NCBI GenBank assembly: GCA_034666405.1
Contig: JAXDLW010000015.1
Span: forward strand, 11,387 to 75,386
Direction of reading: 5' to 3'
DNA: 64,000 bases
Source: Chloroflexota bacterium
GTDB lineage: Bacteria; Chloroflexota; Dormibacteria; DASZGP01
The position numbers and the translations under genes were made by a program. The notes under the pieces are model-generated. The model saw nothing but the letters and a program-made list of their open reading frames with translations. It was not told the DNA's origin and ran no database searches. Within the stretch, counting starts at the first letter, position 1. Each line of letters starts with the position of its first letter. Below, one piece after another: positions 18,501 to 27,063 of the stretch.

Positions 18501-20177
18501 ATGGCAGAGGAGGTCTGGGCGCCGGAAGGGTATCCGTCAATGGATCTCCATCCGCCCAGGCGAATGCATAAGATGCCCCTGACGGTGGGCGCCTCAGTGG
18601 CGGTCGGATCAACCTGGGCACCCCTTCGCAGGGGGGTCTTCCGGGCGCTCTGGTTGGCCGTTCTGGTGAGCAACGTCGGGCTCTGGATGGAGACCGTTGG
18701 CGCGCAGTGGCTGCTGGTCAGTCAGCCCAATGCGGCTGTCCTGGTCGCGCTGGTGCAGACCGCGGACATGCTGCCCGACCTGATGTTCGGCCTCGTCGGG
18801 GGCATCCTCGCCGATACCTTCGATCGCCGCTGGTTATTGATCGTGGTCAACGCCGCCATGGCCATCACCGCCGGGGCCTTGACCCTGCTCACGGTCACGG
18901 GCCAGATGCCACCTGCGTTGCTGTTGATCTTCACGTTCCTGGTCGGCTCCGGGTCGGTGGTGACTCTGCCCGCCTACCAGGCCCTGATCCCTGACCTGGT
19001 ACCGCGAGCCGAGCTCCATGCGGCCTCCGCGCTGGGCTCGGTGAGCATCAACCTCGCGCGGGCGGTGGGACCGGCGGTCGCCGGCCTGCTGATCGCCCGG
19101 GTCGGGGTGGCGGCGGTTTTCGGGCTCAACGCACTTTCATATGTGTTCTTCCTGGCGGTGGTTTTGGTTTGGCGGCCGGGGACCTCCGGGGCGAAGGAGT
19201 TCCCCGAGCAATTCGGTTCGGCCCTGCGCGCGGGAAGCCGGTATGTGCGGCACTCACCGGTGGTTAGACGGATCCTGCTCCGGGCGGCCTTGTTCCTGGT
19301 CCCGGGCAGCGCACTCTGGGCGTTGCTACCCCTGATCGCCAGCCAGCGGCTGCAGCAGGGGGCGGGAGGATACGGATTGCTGTTGGGAGCTCTCGGGACC
19401 GGCGCGGTTGCCGGTGCGTTCATCCTCCCCCGGCTCCAGGCGAAGATGACCAGCAACGCGATGATCGGGGCTGCGGGCCTGGCATACGCCGCGGTGCTGG
19501 TCGCGGCCGTGCTGCCGCGCAACCTGCCCCTCACCCTGGCGGCGCTGCTGCTCGGCGGGGTCTCCTGGATGGCGGTGCTGTCGCATATCAACGCCGAACT
19601 CCAGCTCTTCCTGCCGGAGTGGGTGAGAGCGCGCGGCCTGTCCATTTACCAGATGGTCCTGTTCGGTTCCCAGGCGCTTGGAGCGCTGGCGTGGGGGTTC
19701 GTGGCCGCTCCACTCGGTCTGGTGCCGACGTTCCTGGTCGCGGCGTTCCTCATGCTGGCGGCGGTGGGCACACTGCGGTTCTGGCCACTGATCGACACCG
19801 CCAACATCGACACTCGGGTCGCCGCCTACTGGCCTGAGCCCCAGCTGGTCTTCGATGCCCGGCCACACACCGGTCCCGTTGTGATCAGCAATGTATATAC
19901 CGTCTCGGCTGATAGGGAGGCGGATTTCCTGGCAGCCATGTCCCAAGTCCGGAAGTCTCGTCTGCGGACCGGCGCCACGCGGTGGGGACTGTTCCGCGAC
20001 GGCGAGACCGCGCACCAGTTCGTCGAACTGTTTGTAGTGGCGTCCTGGGAGGAGCATCTCCGCCAGCACACTGATCGCCTCACCGGCTTCGACCGGGAGT
20101 CCGAGGAGAAGGCCGCCGCCTTGTCCGATCCCCCGGAGCGGAGTTCCCACCTGCTCTCGGTCGAGGTCGATGACTGA
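18501..20177 (+). CDS. MFS transporter (EntS/MFS_3-like) with ~120-aa cytoplasmic C-terminal domain
   Basis: Twelve predicted TM helices and MFS motif-A-like 'GGILADTFDRR'. The start could be an internal Met ('MPLTVGA'). Confidence 0.8.
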   Translation: MAEEVWAPEGYPSMDLHPPRRMHKMPLTVGASVAVGSTWAPLRRGVFRALWLAVLVSNVGLWMETVGAQWLLVSQPNAAVLVALVQTADMLPDLMFGLVGGILADTFDRRWLLIVVNAAMAITAGALTLLTVTGQMPPALLLIFTFLVGSGSVVTLPAYQALIPDLVPRAELHAASALGSVSINLARAVGPAVAGLLIARVGVAAVFGLNALSYVFFLAVVLVWRPGTSGAKEFPEQFGSALRAGSRYVRHSPVVRRILLRAALFLVPGSALWALLPLIASQRLQQGAGGYGLLLGALGTGAVAGAFILPRLQAKMTSNAMIGAAGLAYAAVLVAAVLPRNLPLTLAALLLGGVSWMAVLSHINAELQLFLPEWVRARGLSIYQMVLFGSQALGALAWGFVAAPLGLVPTFLVAAFLMLAAVGTLRFWPLIDTANIDTRVAAYWPEPQLVFDARPHTGPVVISNVYTVSADREADFLAAMSQVRKSRLRTGATRWGLFRDGETAHQFVELFVVASWEEHLRQHTDRLTGFDRESEEKAAALSDPPERSSHLLSVEVDD

Positions 20178-20249
20178 TCCTCCCCGGTCGGCCTGGCCAC
20201 GCCTGGCCCGCCTGGCCAAAGACAATTGTCCGAGTCAACGCTGGCCGGC

Positions 20250-20528
20250 CTATGACACCGCAGGTGCGGCAGGCGGGGGCGCCGCCGGGCGCCGGCTGGC
20301 CATCGCGGCGATGATTGCCAGCACCGTCAGCACGGTGAGGGCTACGGCCGCGCCGACAGGGATCGCGATCGACAGCAGAGCGTCCAGGGAGTAGCGTCCT
20401 GGGCCAATCAGGCCCACCGCCACCGCGCCGGCGAGCAGCGTCAGGGGATACTCGTAGCCACCGCCGAACTCGCCGGCGATCACCATGACCGCCCAAAGTC
20501 CAGCAGGCCAGGTCTGGAGGCTCTTCAT
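20250..20528 (-). CDS. DoxX-family membrane protein, C-terminal part only (possibly truncated)
   Basis: DoxX C-terminal signature 'GLIGPGRYSLDALLSIAIP' preceded by a single TM helix. The expected N-terminal helices are missing, and the region overlaps the divergent MarR 5' end. Confidence 0.35.
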   Translation of the reverse strand: MKSLQTWPAGLWAVMVIAGEFGGGYEYPLTLLAGAVAVGLIGPGRYSLDALLSIAIPVGAAVALTVLTVLAIIAAMASRRPAAPPPAAPAVS

Positions 20529-20908
20529 CGGGCCAGCCTTTGACCTGCTCAAGAAGCAGTTTCGTGACCATTACGCTGGGCACCGGCTCACCGCGGCGCA
20601 GGCGTGCATGCTCGAGGGACTGACGGAGCCGATGTCGCAGCGTGAGGCTGCCGTGCGACTTGGCTACGACCCGTCCAACATCACTGCGCTCGCCGACGCG
20701 CTGGAGTCGAAAGGGCTGGTGGAGCGACGGCCCGATCCGACGGATCGGCGGGTGAAGACATTGGCGAGGACGGCGGAGGGAGAGCTGATGGCCCGCGACC
20801 TCGATGCACGTTTTCAGCAGCCCACCGGAGGTCTTGAGCCGGCTGTCCCCGGAGGAACAGGCGCAGCTCCTGGGCCTGCTGGCAAAGGTGTTCCGCGCAG
20901 GCGCCTGA
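20485..20908 (+). CDS. MarR-family regulator, apparent +1 frameshift near 20845
   Basis: wHTH 'LTAAQACMLEGLTEPMSQREAAVRLGYDPSNITALADALESKGLVERRPDPTDRRVKTLARTAEGE'. The typical MarR C-terminus 'LSRLSPEEQAQLLGLLAKVFRAGA*' is encoded in the +1 frame from about 20850 and ends at 20908. The annotated frame instead continues as low-complexity 'PAVPGGTGAAPGPAG' to 20970. Confidence 0.65.
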
Positions 20909-21088
20909 TGGCAACTCGAGCTGGATTTGATCTCGATCCGCCCGGATGCCTGTTGCTTGACCGTCCGTGACCCTGCTGGTTGAGGCGCTGAACCAGTAAC
21001 GGAACTGCACCGGACGCCGGCATAACCTCTGAGGGGAAGGCGTTCGAATGAGTACGACCTGATCGAAGACGGACGGAGGTTTACGGCG

Positions 21089-21505
21089 ATGCCCAACTGG
21101 AACCAGCAGATCATCGACGAGTTCCACGCCAAGGGGGGCCGGGGCGTCACCAACTTCGGTGACAGCCTCCTCCTGCTGACGTCGACCGGAGCGCACAGCG
21201 GCGAAGAGCGGACCACGCCGGTGATGTATCACCGGGAGGATCGCAGCCTGGTGATCGTCGCCTCTAAAGGCGGAGCCCCGGAACACCCAGGCTGGTACCA
21301 CAACCTCATTGCGCACCCGGAGGCCAGCGTCGAGATAGCAGGGGATGGCGGCATCGAACAGGTCACCGTGCGTGCCCGCGAGGCCCAGGGCGAGGAACGC
21401 GACCGCATCTATGCCGCCCGCGTCGCCATCGCGCCCACGTTCGCGGACTACGAGCGCAAGACCTCGCGGAAGATCCCGGTCATCGTCCTGGAGCCGGTCG
21501 GCTAG
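21089..21505 (+). CDS. Deazaflavin (F420)-dependent nitroreductase family protein (DDN/DUF385)
   Basis: 'MPNWNQQIIDEFHAKGGR...TTPVMYHREDRSLVIVASKGGAPEHPGWYHNL' matches the DDN-family consensus. Confidence 0.85.
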   Translation: MPNWNQQIIDEFHAKGGRGVTNFGDSLLLLTSTGAHSGEERTTPVMYHREDRSLVIVASKGGAPEHPGWYHNLIAHPEASVEIAGDGGIEQVTVRAREAQGEERDRIYAARVAIAPTFADYERKTSRKIPVIVLEPVG

Positions 21506-21557
21506 AGGCGAGGGCGCCGGGCCGGTCGAGCACTATGAGAAGACAATTCGAGGAGGG

Positions 21558-22112
21558 TTATCGTTTTGGTCGCGTCGAACGGACAGCCCCGCGGACCTGA
21601 TCAAGTAGCTCGCTCGAGACGAGCTCGAACGGCTCCATGCTTCTCTCGGCGCGGCTGAGCACCACCGCGCCCTCGCTGGCCGCGACCAGGGTGGTCGCCA
21701 ACCGTCGCGCGTCCACCGGCGACAGGCCGCCCTGCTCGAGAAGCTCGGCGAGCCGCCCGCGCCAGGACCGGAACACGTTGCCGGCACGGTCCAACAGTTC
21801 GCGCGAATCCGTCGCGACCGTGACGGCGAGAACCGAGCACCCGGCGTCAAAATTGGCGTGCGTGAGCAGCTTGCGCCACATGCCCAGGAAAAGAGTGGCG
21901 ATCTCCTCTGCGGGGGCTCCTGCGATCTCTTCCAGGGGCTGGAGGGCGCGGTCGCCGGCCAGCGCGATGGCGGCCGCGACGAGCTGATCTTTGCCTTCGG
22001 GAAAATGGTGGTAGATCGACCCGCGTGGAGCCCCCGTCAACTCGAGGACTTCGGAGAACGAGGTTGCCTGTAGCCCGCGTCGCGCCAACAGCCTCATCGC
22101 CCCCGCGATCAT
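21558..22112 (-). CDS. TetR-family transcriptional regulator
   Basis: HTH 'AMRLLARRGLQATSFSEVLELTGAPRGSIYHHFPEGK'. The frame is open for 13 more codons upstream with no canonical start, so the ATG at 22112 is used. Confidence 0.8.
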   Translation of the reverse strand: MIAGAMRLLARRGLQATSFSEVLELTGAPRGSIYHHFPEGKDQLVAAAIALAGDRALQPLEEIAGAPAEEIATLFLGMWRKLLTHANFDAGCSVLAVTVATDSRELLDRAGNVFRSWRGRLAELLEQGGLSPVDARRLATTLVAASEGAVVLSRAERSMEPFELVSSELLDQVRGAVRSTRPKR

Positions 22113-22151
22113 CCGTTCCCGAACTTCACCTGCCGTGGCTACCCTCCTTGA

Positions 22152-22197
22152 CTATGACGATCGTCATAGGGTACGGTTCCTATGCAGGTCATCATAG
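22152..22197. promoter_or_regulatory. Putative TetR operators: perfect 18-bp palindrome CTATGACGATCGTCATAG (22152-22169) plus related CTATGCAGGTCATCATAG (22180-22197)
   Basis: Both sit in the 111-bp divergent intergenic region between the TetR gene (-) and the tautomerase-like gene (+). They share CTATG/CATAG half-sites. Confidence 0.5.
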
Positions 22198-22223
22198 TTC
22201 GGACCCGCCGCGGAGGTAATCCC

Positions 22224-22670
22224 ATGCCCATGATCGATGTCTACGCCGTGGTCGGCACGTTCGCCGATAAGCACGCTCTGGCCCAGGACCTTGCCAGGGC
22301 TGTGATGAAATGGGAACAGGTCCCTGAGATCTCGCTGTTCAAGGACAACACCGCGGCGTTCGTCCACGACCTGCCGGCCGATGCCGTCTCGAACGTCACG
22401 GGCGACACGAACTACGTTCGTGTACAGGTCCTGACACCCATCAATGTGTTGGACCGCGAAAAGCAGGTTGGTGTTGTCAGGGAACTGACCGACATCGTTG
22501 CCGCCTCGGCGGGCGATCCGACGCTTGCGGATCGGACATGGGTGCTGATTACCGAGTCGCCGGAGGGCGGCTGGGGCATCAAGGGCCATGCCAACACCGG
22601 AGCAGACATCGTCGCCGCGGCGCGCGCCGAGCTCGGCACGATCGCGTCCACAGGTTCTGCCGCTGACTAG
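22224..22670 (+). CDS. Tautomerase-superfamily protein (Pro1 after initiator Met)
   Basis: GGAGG RBS lies 6 nt before ATG 22224. The N-terminus 'MPMIDVYAVVG' would expose Pro1 after Met removal. The family call is tentative. Confidence 0.55.
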   Translation: MPMIDVYAVVGTFADKHALAQDLARAVMKWEQVPEISLFKDNTAAFVHDLPADAVSNVTGDTNYVRVQVLTPINVLDREKQVGVVRELTDIVAASAGDPTLADRTWVLITESPEGGWGIKGHANTGADIVAAARAELGTIASTGSAAD

Positions 22671-22778
22671 TACGGCAGTCCGGCTCGAGGGGGCTGTGGC
22701 GGGCCGGATCAGTCCATAGCGGGCTGGTGGACGCCCATCGGTCGCATTTGAACTTGCAGTGAACCTTCCATAGGTTCC

Positions 22779-22803
22779 CGCGCTGGATTTGATCTCAGCG
22801 CGG
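22779..22803. terminator. Hairpin between convergent genes (9-bp GC stem, 7-nt loop), no U-tract
   Basis: 'CGCGCTGGATTTGATCTCAGCGCG' lies between the tautomerase-like gene end (22670) and the NarL regulator end (22990). Confidence 0.3.
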
Positions 22804-22989
22804 GGATGCTCGAGCCTTCGGGTGGCGCCGGAAGCGTGACCGCGCTGTCGAACTTCCAGGACGTCGACACCATCGAGACAGTCTTCGGACTGGGTGCCGT
22901 TGCCGGCGTTGCGAAGTCCGAACTCGTCCTGTCGAGCCTTGGTGCCAAGGTCAGCGAGAGGCTCGGTCGCCGGGGTATTCGAGACTCGC

Positions 22990-23640
22990 CTACGTGCGCA
23001 CGAGCCCGAGCTCGGATGCTCGAATCACAGCCGCGAGCCTGCTGTGGACCCCGAGCTTCTCGAGGATGTTGCGGACATGCCAGCGGACGGTCGTCAGCTC
23101 CACAAAGAGGCGTTCGGATATGTCGGCATTTTCGAGGCCCTCAGCCATCACGCTCAACACCTCTCTTTCTCGGGGAGTGAACTTGGCCGCAGCAGTGGCC
23201 AGCTCCGCCGCACCCTGGGTTTCTCGTCGCTGCGCCGACAGGAGTCTTGCCAGAACGGTGGCCGGGATGAGCATCTCGCCGACAGCCGCACGACGGATCG
23301 CCCCGGCGATCGCATTTGGATCGTCGCCCTTCAACAGAAAGCCCACCGCACCGGCCTGCACGGCGCCGCCGATGACCTCGTCGCTGGCGTCCGAGGTGAG
23401 GAACACGACGACGACCTCGGGCTGGGTGGCGCGAATCGCAACCGCCGCCTCGACTCCCGAGCGATCGGGAAGCCGCACGTCCATCAGGATGACGTCCGGA
23501 GTCTCGCGTCCGGCGATCTCCACAGCGCCGAGTGCGGTTCCTGCGACACCGACCACCTCGATGTCGGGCTCACCCGCGAGCACAGCGGCGAGGCCGGCCG
23601 CGACCAGGGGATGGTCATCGACCAGTACAACCCGGATCAT
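22990..23640 (-). CDS. NarL/FixJ-family response regulator (REC + LuxR HTH)
   Basis: Receiver 'VVLVDDHPLV...ILMDVRLPDRSG' and C-terminal LuxR HTH 'REREVLSVMAEGLENADISERLFVELTTVRWHVRNILEKLGV'. Its start abuts the upstream REC-EAL stop. Confidence 0.85.
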   Translation of the reverse strand: MIRVVLVDDHPLVAAGLAAVLAGEPDIEVVGVAGTALGAVEIAGRETPDVILMDVRLPDRSGVEAAVAIRATQPEVVVVFLTSDASDEVIGGAVQAGAVGFLLKGDDPNAIAGAIRRAAVGEMLIPATVLARLLSAQRRETQGAAELATAAAKFTPREREVLSVMAEGLENADISERLFVELTTVRWHVRNILEKLGVHSRLAAVIRASELGLVRT

Positions 23641-24849
23641 TCAGGAAGCCCTGCGGAGACGGGGCGCAGCGCTGTTCTTCGCCGGCACTTTCAGCTGCTC
23701 GATGGGCCCGGGCCTCCCGAGGAGGTAACCCTGGCCGAGCCGGATCCCCAAGGATCTGACGGCAGCGAGCTGACTCTCACTCTCAATGGCCTCGGCGATG
23801 ACCACGGCGTCGATTTCGCGCGCAAACGACGTCAGCGCGACGGCGAGGGCATGGGCCGCCCGGTCGTGCTCGAGGCGCTGGGTGATGCAGATGTCGAGCT
23901 TGATGAACTGGGGCGCGAGCTCGAGGAGGTGCCTGAGGCTGGCATAGCCGGAGCCGGCGTCGTCAATGGCGAGGGAGGCGCCCGCGGCGCGAAGCGGTGC
24001 GAATGCAAGTGCCAGCCCTGGGTAGTCAAGCACCGGGGTGTGCTCGGTCAGCTCGACCACCACCCGGTCCCTGAACCCGGCCGGGATGGCATCGAGGACC
24101 TCCGGAGACAGGAGTCCTTCCGTCGACAGGTTGACCGCCATGAAGACCCCATCCGGCAGCCCGGTCCGGCACGCCAGGGCCCGGTCGAGGGCGGCGATGT
24201 CCAGTCTGCTGCCCAGCCCCACCTCCGCGGCGGCCGCGAACCATTCGTTGGGGGGCCTCCTGGGCTCGATCGAAAACCGGGCCAGGGCCTCGACGCCCAC
24301 GAGCCGCCCGACCTCGATGTCGACGATGGGTTGGTACACCATGTCGAGACCGTCGCCGTCGATCGCGAAGGAAACCTGGTCCACCAGCGTCTGTCGGCGC
24401 TGCTGGGCGGCGGATTCCACGTCGAGCTGCGCACGCACGCGGTCAACGATCCCTCCAGCGACCTCAGGGGAGAGGGGAGCCTTTCCAGCCGCCACCTGGC
24501 GGATGCCGGAGATCACGTCGCTCGGCAGGGTCCCCTTCACCAGGTACCCGACGGCGCCTGCCTCGAGCATCTGCAGCACGGTGTCTCGGTTGCCCGAGGC
24601 GGAGACAGCGAGCACGCGAACCCCGCTATGACTCTTCAGTATTCCTCGGGTCGCTGTGGGCCCGCCGCCCGGCATTCGGACATCGACCAGAGCAACGTCT
24701 GGACCGGTGCGTGCAGATGCGGCGATCGCCTCATCCGCGTCTGCGGCAAGAGCGACCACGGTCATGCCGTCGCTGTCCTCGATCAGGTCGGCAAGCGCGT
24801 CACGGACGAAGCTCTCATCGTCCGCGATCAGGACTCTTATGTCAGCCAA
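23641..24849 (-). CDS. Response-regulator receiver + EAL domain protein (putative c-di-GMP phosphodiesterase)
   Basis: Receiver 'RVLIADDESFVRDAL...VALVDVRMPGG'. EAL-domain motifs 'EALARF', 'VVVELTEH', 'LAIDDAGSGYASL', 'IKLD' and 'QGYLLGRP'. Confidence 0.85.
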   Translation of the reverse strand: MADIRVLIADDESFVRDALADLIEDSDGMTVVALAADADEAIAASARTGPDVALVDVRMPGGGPTATRGILKSHSGVRVLAVSASGNRDTVLQMLEAGAVGYLVKGTLPSDVISGIRQVAAGKAPLSPEVAGGIVDRVRAQLDVESAAQQRRQTLVDQVSFAIDGDGLDMVYQPIVDIEVGRLVGVEALARFSIEPRRPPNEWFAAAAEVGLGSRLDIAALDRALACRTGLPDGVFMAVNLSTEGLLSPEVLDAIPAGFRDRVVVELTEHTPVLDYPGLALAFAPLRAAGASLAIDDAGSGYASLRHLLELAPQFIKLDICITQRLEHDRAAHALAVALTSFAREIDAVVIAEAIESESQLAAVRSLGIRLGQGYLLGRPGPIEQLKVPAKNSAAPRLRRAS

Positions 24850-25066
24850 CTGCCGTAGCCTCGGCGGCCTGCGCGGCGATCATCATTTCGGAGCCGCGCG
24901 CGCTCGGCGATGCACCCGAATCGGCGCGTTGAGCGTTGTCATAAGCAACCCCTTGGGGTGTGGGTCCGGCTTCCGGCCGAACCATGCGGCCCCTGCGTAT
25001 AACCTGACCGAACCGCTCCCCGCTGGCTATCGGCCGACCGGCCGATCTTGGTGACGGGTTGGCCGG

Positions 25067-26026
25067 CTACTCAACCAGTCCCGATCGCACGGCCTTGGCC
25101 ACCGCGGCAGCACGATCCGGAACCTCGAGCTTGGCGTAGATGTGCTCGAAGTGGGTCTTCACGGTGGCCCGGCTGATCGTCAGTAACTGGGCAATCTGGG
25201 CCGCCGAGGTGCCCCGGGCCGCGAGTTGGAGAACCACGACCTCGCGGGCCGTCAGCAGGGCGCTCCCAAGCTCGCCCCGGCGGTGCTTGAGGAACTGGCC
25301 CAGCTCATGCCCGATACTGACCAGCGAGCGCATCAGCCGCTCGCTCGGCTCGGCGTCCTCGCAGGAGTAGAGCTCGACCACGGCGAGCACTTCCGCACCG
25401 TCGAGCACGGCGAACGCCACGGCGTTACGAAGGCCGGCCGTCCTGGCCCCTTCATTACGAAGGTGGCCTTGAAACTCGCCGAGATCTTTCAGTGCGCTGG
25501 GTGTTCCCGATTTCCAAACGCTGCCCGGCAGACCCTGGCCCTTGGCGACCCGGAGCCTGCGGGTGGCCGCCTCGAAGTCGTCGGCCACGTCGAAGTCGTG
25601 CTTGCGCCAGAAGACACGGGCGACCAGCTCATCGCCGACTGGCACCCAGAGAACGCCGGCGACGCAGTCCAGCGCCTCGGCGAGCTTCCGAAGCAGGTTT
25701 CCGATGCCCTGGTCGAAGGACTCCCACTCGACGATCGCCTCCGAAACGGCGACGAGGGCCGCGATCTCGCTGTCGGTGCGCCGCTGGTCGGTGACGTCCT
25801 GCACCGTGCCCAGGAATTTGTGCGGCTTCCCTTTCTGCTCGATCTCGGCCAGCGTGGTACGCAGGTGCCGGGTTGAACCGTCCGCGCGGACGATTCGATA
25901 ATCGAAACGCTGATACTTGGCCCCCCGCCTCAGCCGCTCGACCTCCCGAGCCTGCAGCTCCCGGTCGTCGGGATGGGTCATCTCTCGAACCAGTTCGACA
26001 GACGGCGTCGTCGATCCCGGCTCCAA
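25067..26026 (-). CDS. PAS-GAF-LuxR transcriptional regulator (5' end uncertain)
   Basis: GAF region 'LLRKLAEALDCVAGVLWVP...AFAVLDGAEVLAVVELYS' and C-terminal LuxR HTH 'TAREVVVLQLAARGTSAAQIAQLLTISRATVKTHFEHIYAKL'. PAS-like sequence 'ERIAQIGSWEWTPGTGELLWSDNLFRLFGL' continues in frame upstream of the TTG at 26026 as far as about 26221, with no ATG/GTG/TTG. Confidence 0.7.
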   Translation of the reverse strand: MEPGSTTPSVELVREMTHPDDRELQAREVERLRRGAKYQRFDYRIVRADGSTRHLRTTLAEIEQKGKPHKFLGTVQDVTDQRRTDSEIAALVAVSEAIVEWESFDQGIGNLLRKLAEALDCVAGVLWVPVGDELVARVFWRKHDFDVADDFEAATRRLRVAKGQGLPGSVWKSGTPSALKDLGEFQGHLRNEGARTAGLRNAVAFAVLDGAEVLAVVELYSCEDAEPSERLMRSLVSIGHELGQFLKHRRGELGSALLTAREVVVLQLAARGTSAAQIAQLLTISRATVKTHFEHIYAKLEVPDRAAAVAKAVRSGLVE

Positions 26027-26404
26027 CCCGAATAGCCGGAACAGGTTGTCCGACCAGAGGAGCTCGCCGGTTCCAGGCGTCCACTCCCAGCTCCCGATCT
26101 GCGCGATCCGCTCAGCCGATTCCAGGAGCGCCCTCTGATCGTTGGAACGAGACGAAGCCCGCGACGAGCGCTTACCGCTCGACTCGATGGCACACCCTCC
26201 AATCCCCGACCCGCCGTGGGTTCAACCTGATGCTACGCCGCAGCCCGCCATGTGTCAGGCGCGGGGCTCTTGTCCCCCCTGGGGTGAGGGCAAAAGCCCG
26301 TCACAGTGACTGTGGTGGCGATCCGGCCCGGCGGAGACCATGGGGACAGGGCCTTCTTCGAGGCTCAGCAGCGCGGTTTGCGCATTCTCAGGAGAACCCA
26401 CCAC

Positions 26405-27022
26405 ATGTTTGGAAAGACTTCACCACTGTCGATCGGCAGGCGCCCGTTCAGCCTGGCGACCGGAGTTGCCATGGCCGGGGCCCTGGTCCTCGTCGGATCG
26501 AGTCAGGTCCTTGCCGCAACCGCCGCGAGCTCGCAGACCCTCGCCGGGACCTCGAGCGCCGGCGTCCTCAGTGTCACCGCACCAGCGGGCCTGACGCTGC
26601 CATCGCTGGTCGGTGGCAGCTCAACGGCAGCCACCAATCTCGGTAGCCTGAGCTGGACCGACACCCTGAACAGCGCCACCGCGTCGAGCGTGACGCTGGC
26701 CTCCACCGACCTTTACTTCGCCGCCGGCGTCGGTGGCCACATTCCGTTCAGCAACTTCACGATCTCGGTTGACCAGGCGCCGAACGCCAATGCGCTCAAC
26801 AGCGGCGCCAACGCGGTCGCCGGCGCGGCCTCACAGGTTCTCAGCGGCGTCGACACGACACCGGGCACCACGTACTCTTCGCCGATCACCCTGGCAACCG
26901 CAAGCACCACCAGCGTCGGTACGTGGAACCAGGCGGCCAACAAGATCGCCGTCGGAGTCCCTGCGAACACCATCCCCAGCAGCGACTTTGCCGCCACCAT
27001 CCAATACACCATCACCGGCTGA
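26405..27022 (+). CDS. Secreted Ser/Thr/Ala-rich protein (hypothetical)
   Basis: AGGAGA RBS and ATG 26405. Signal peptide 'MFGKTSPLSIGRRPFSLATGVAMAGALVLVGSSQVLA', mature ~170 aa. Confidence 0.55.
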   Translation: MFGKTSPLSIGRRPFSLATGVAMAGALVLVGSSQVLAATAASSQTLAGTSSAGVLSVTAPAGLTLPSLVGGSSTAATNLGSLSWTDTLNSATASSVTLASTDLYFAAGVGGHIPFSNFTISVDQAPNANALNSGANAVAGAASQVLSGVDTTPGTTYSSPITLATASTTSVGTWNQAANKIAVGVPANTIPSSDFAATIQYTITG

Positions 27023-27063
27023 ACCAGCCGAGCATGCGACAGGAGTCAAAGGATTCGGTTCAT

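Noticed and set aside
22182-22223. Upstream ATG (MQVIIVRTRRGGNP) for the tautomerase-like gene
   Set aside because: It would place the GGAGG RBS inside the coding sequence and bury the Pro1 that defines tautomerase-type N-termini. ATG 22224 with the GGAGG at -11 to -7 is preferred.
22894-24858. 654-aa plus-strand ORF spanning the NarL and REC-EAL genes
   Set aside because: Arg/Gly/Asp-rich low-complexity translation with no motifs, antisense to two genes with clear domain signatures. This is a typical high-GC antisense open frame. The same reasoning rejects 3208-4965 (+), 12682-14421 (-), 40511-42106 (-), 42642-43895 (+), 52024-53346 (+) and 57899-59752 (+).
24850-25066. CCCCTTGGGG-type short hairpins in the REC-EAL / LuxR intergenic region as terminators
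   Set aside because: Stems are under 5 bp with 2-nt loops and lack U-tracts. Not convincing.
26281-26404. Possible c-di-GMP (GEMM-I-like) riboswitch in the leader of the secreted-protein gene (GGGCAAAAGCCC)
   Set aside because: Only a short GGGC-AAAA-GCCC hairpin and a GTCACAGTGAC palindrome are present. The paired P1/P2 architecture and conserved ACGCA/GGGACGCAAAGCC elements are missing. Kept only as context for the surface-module finding.
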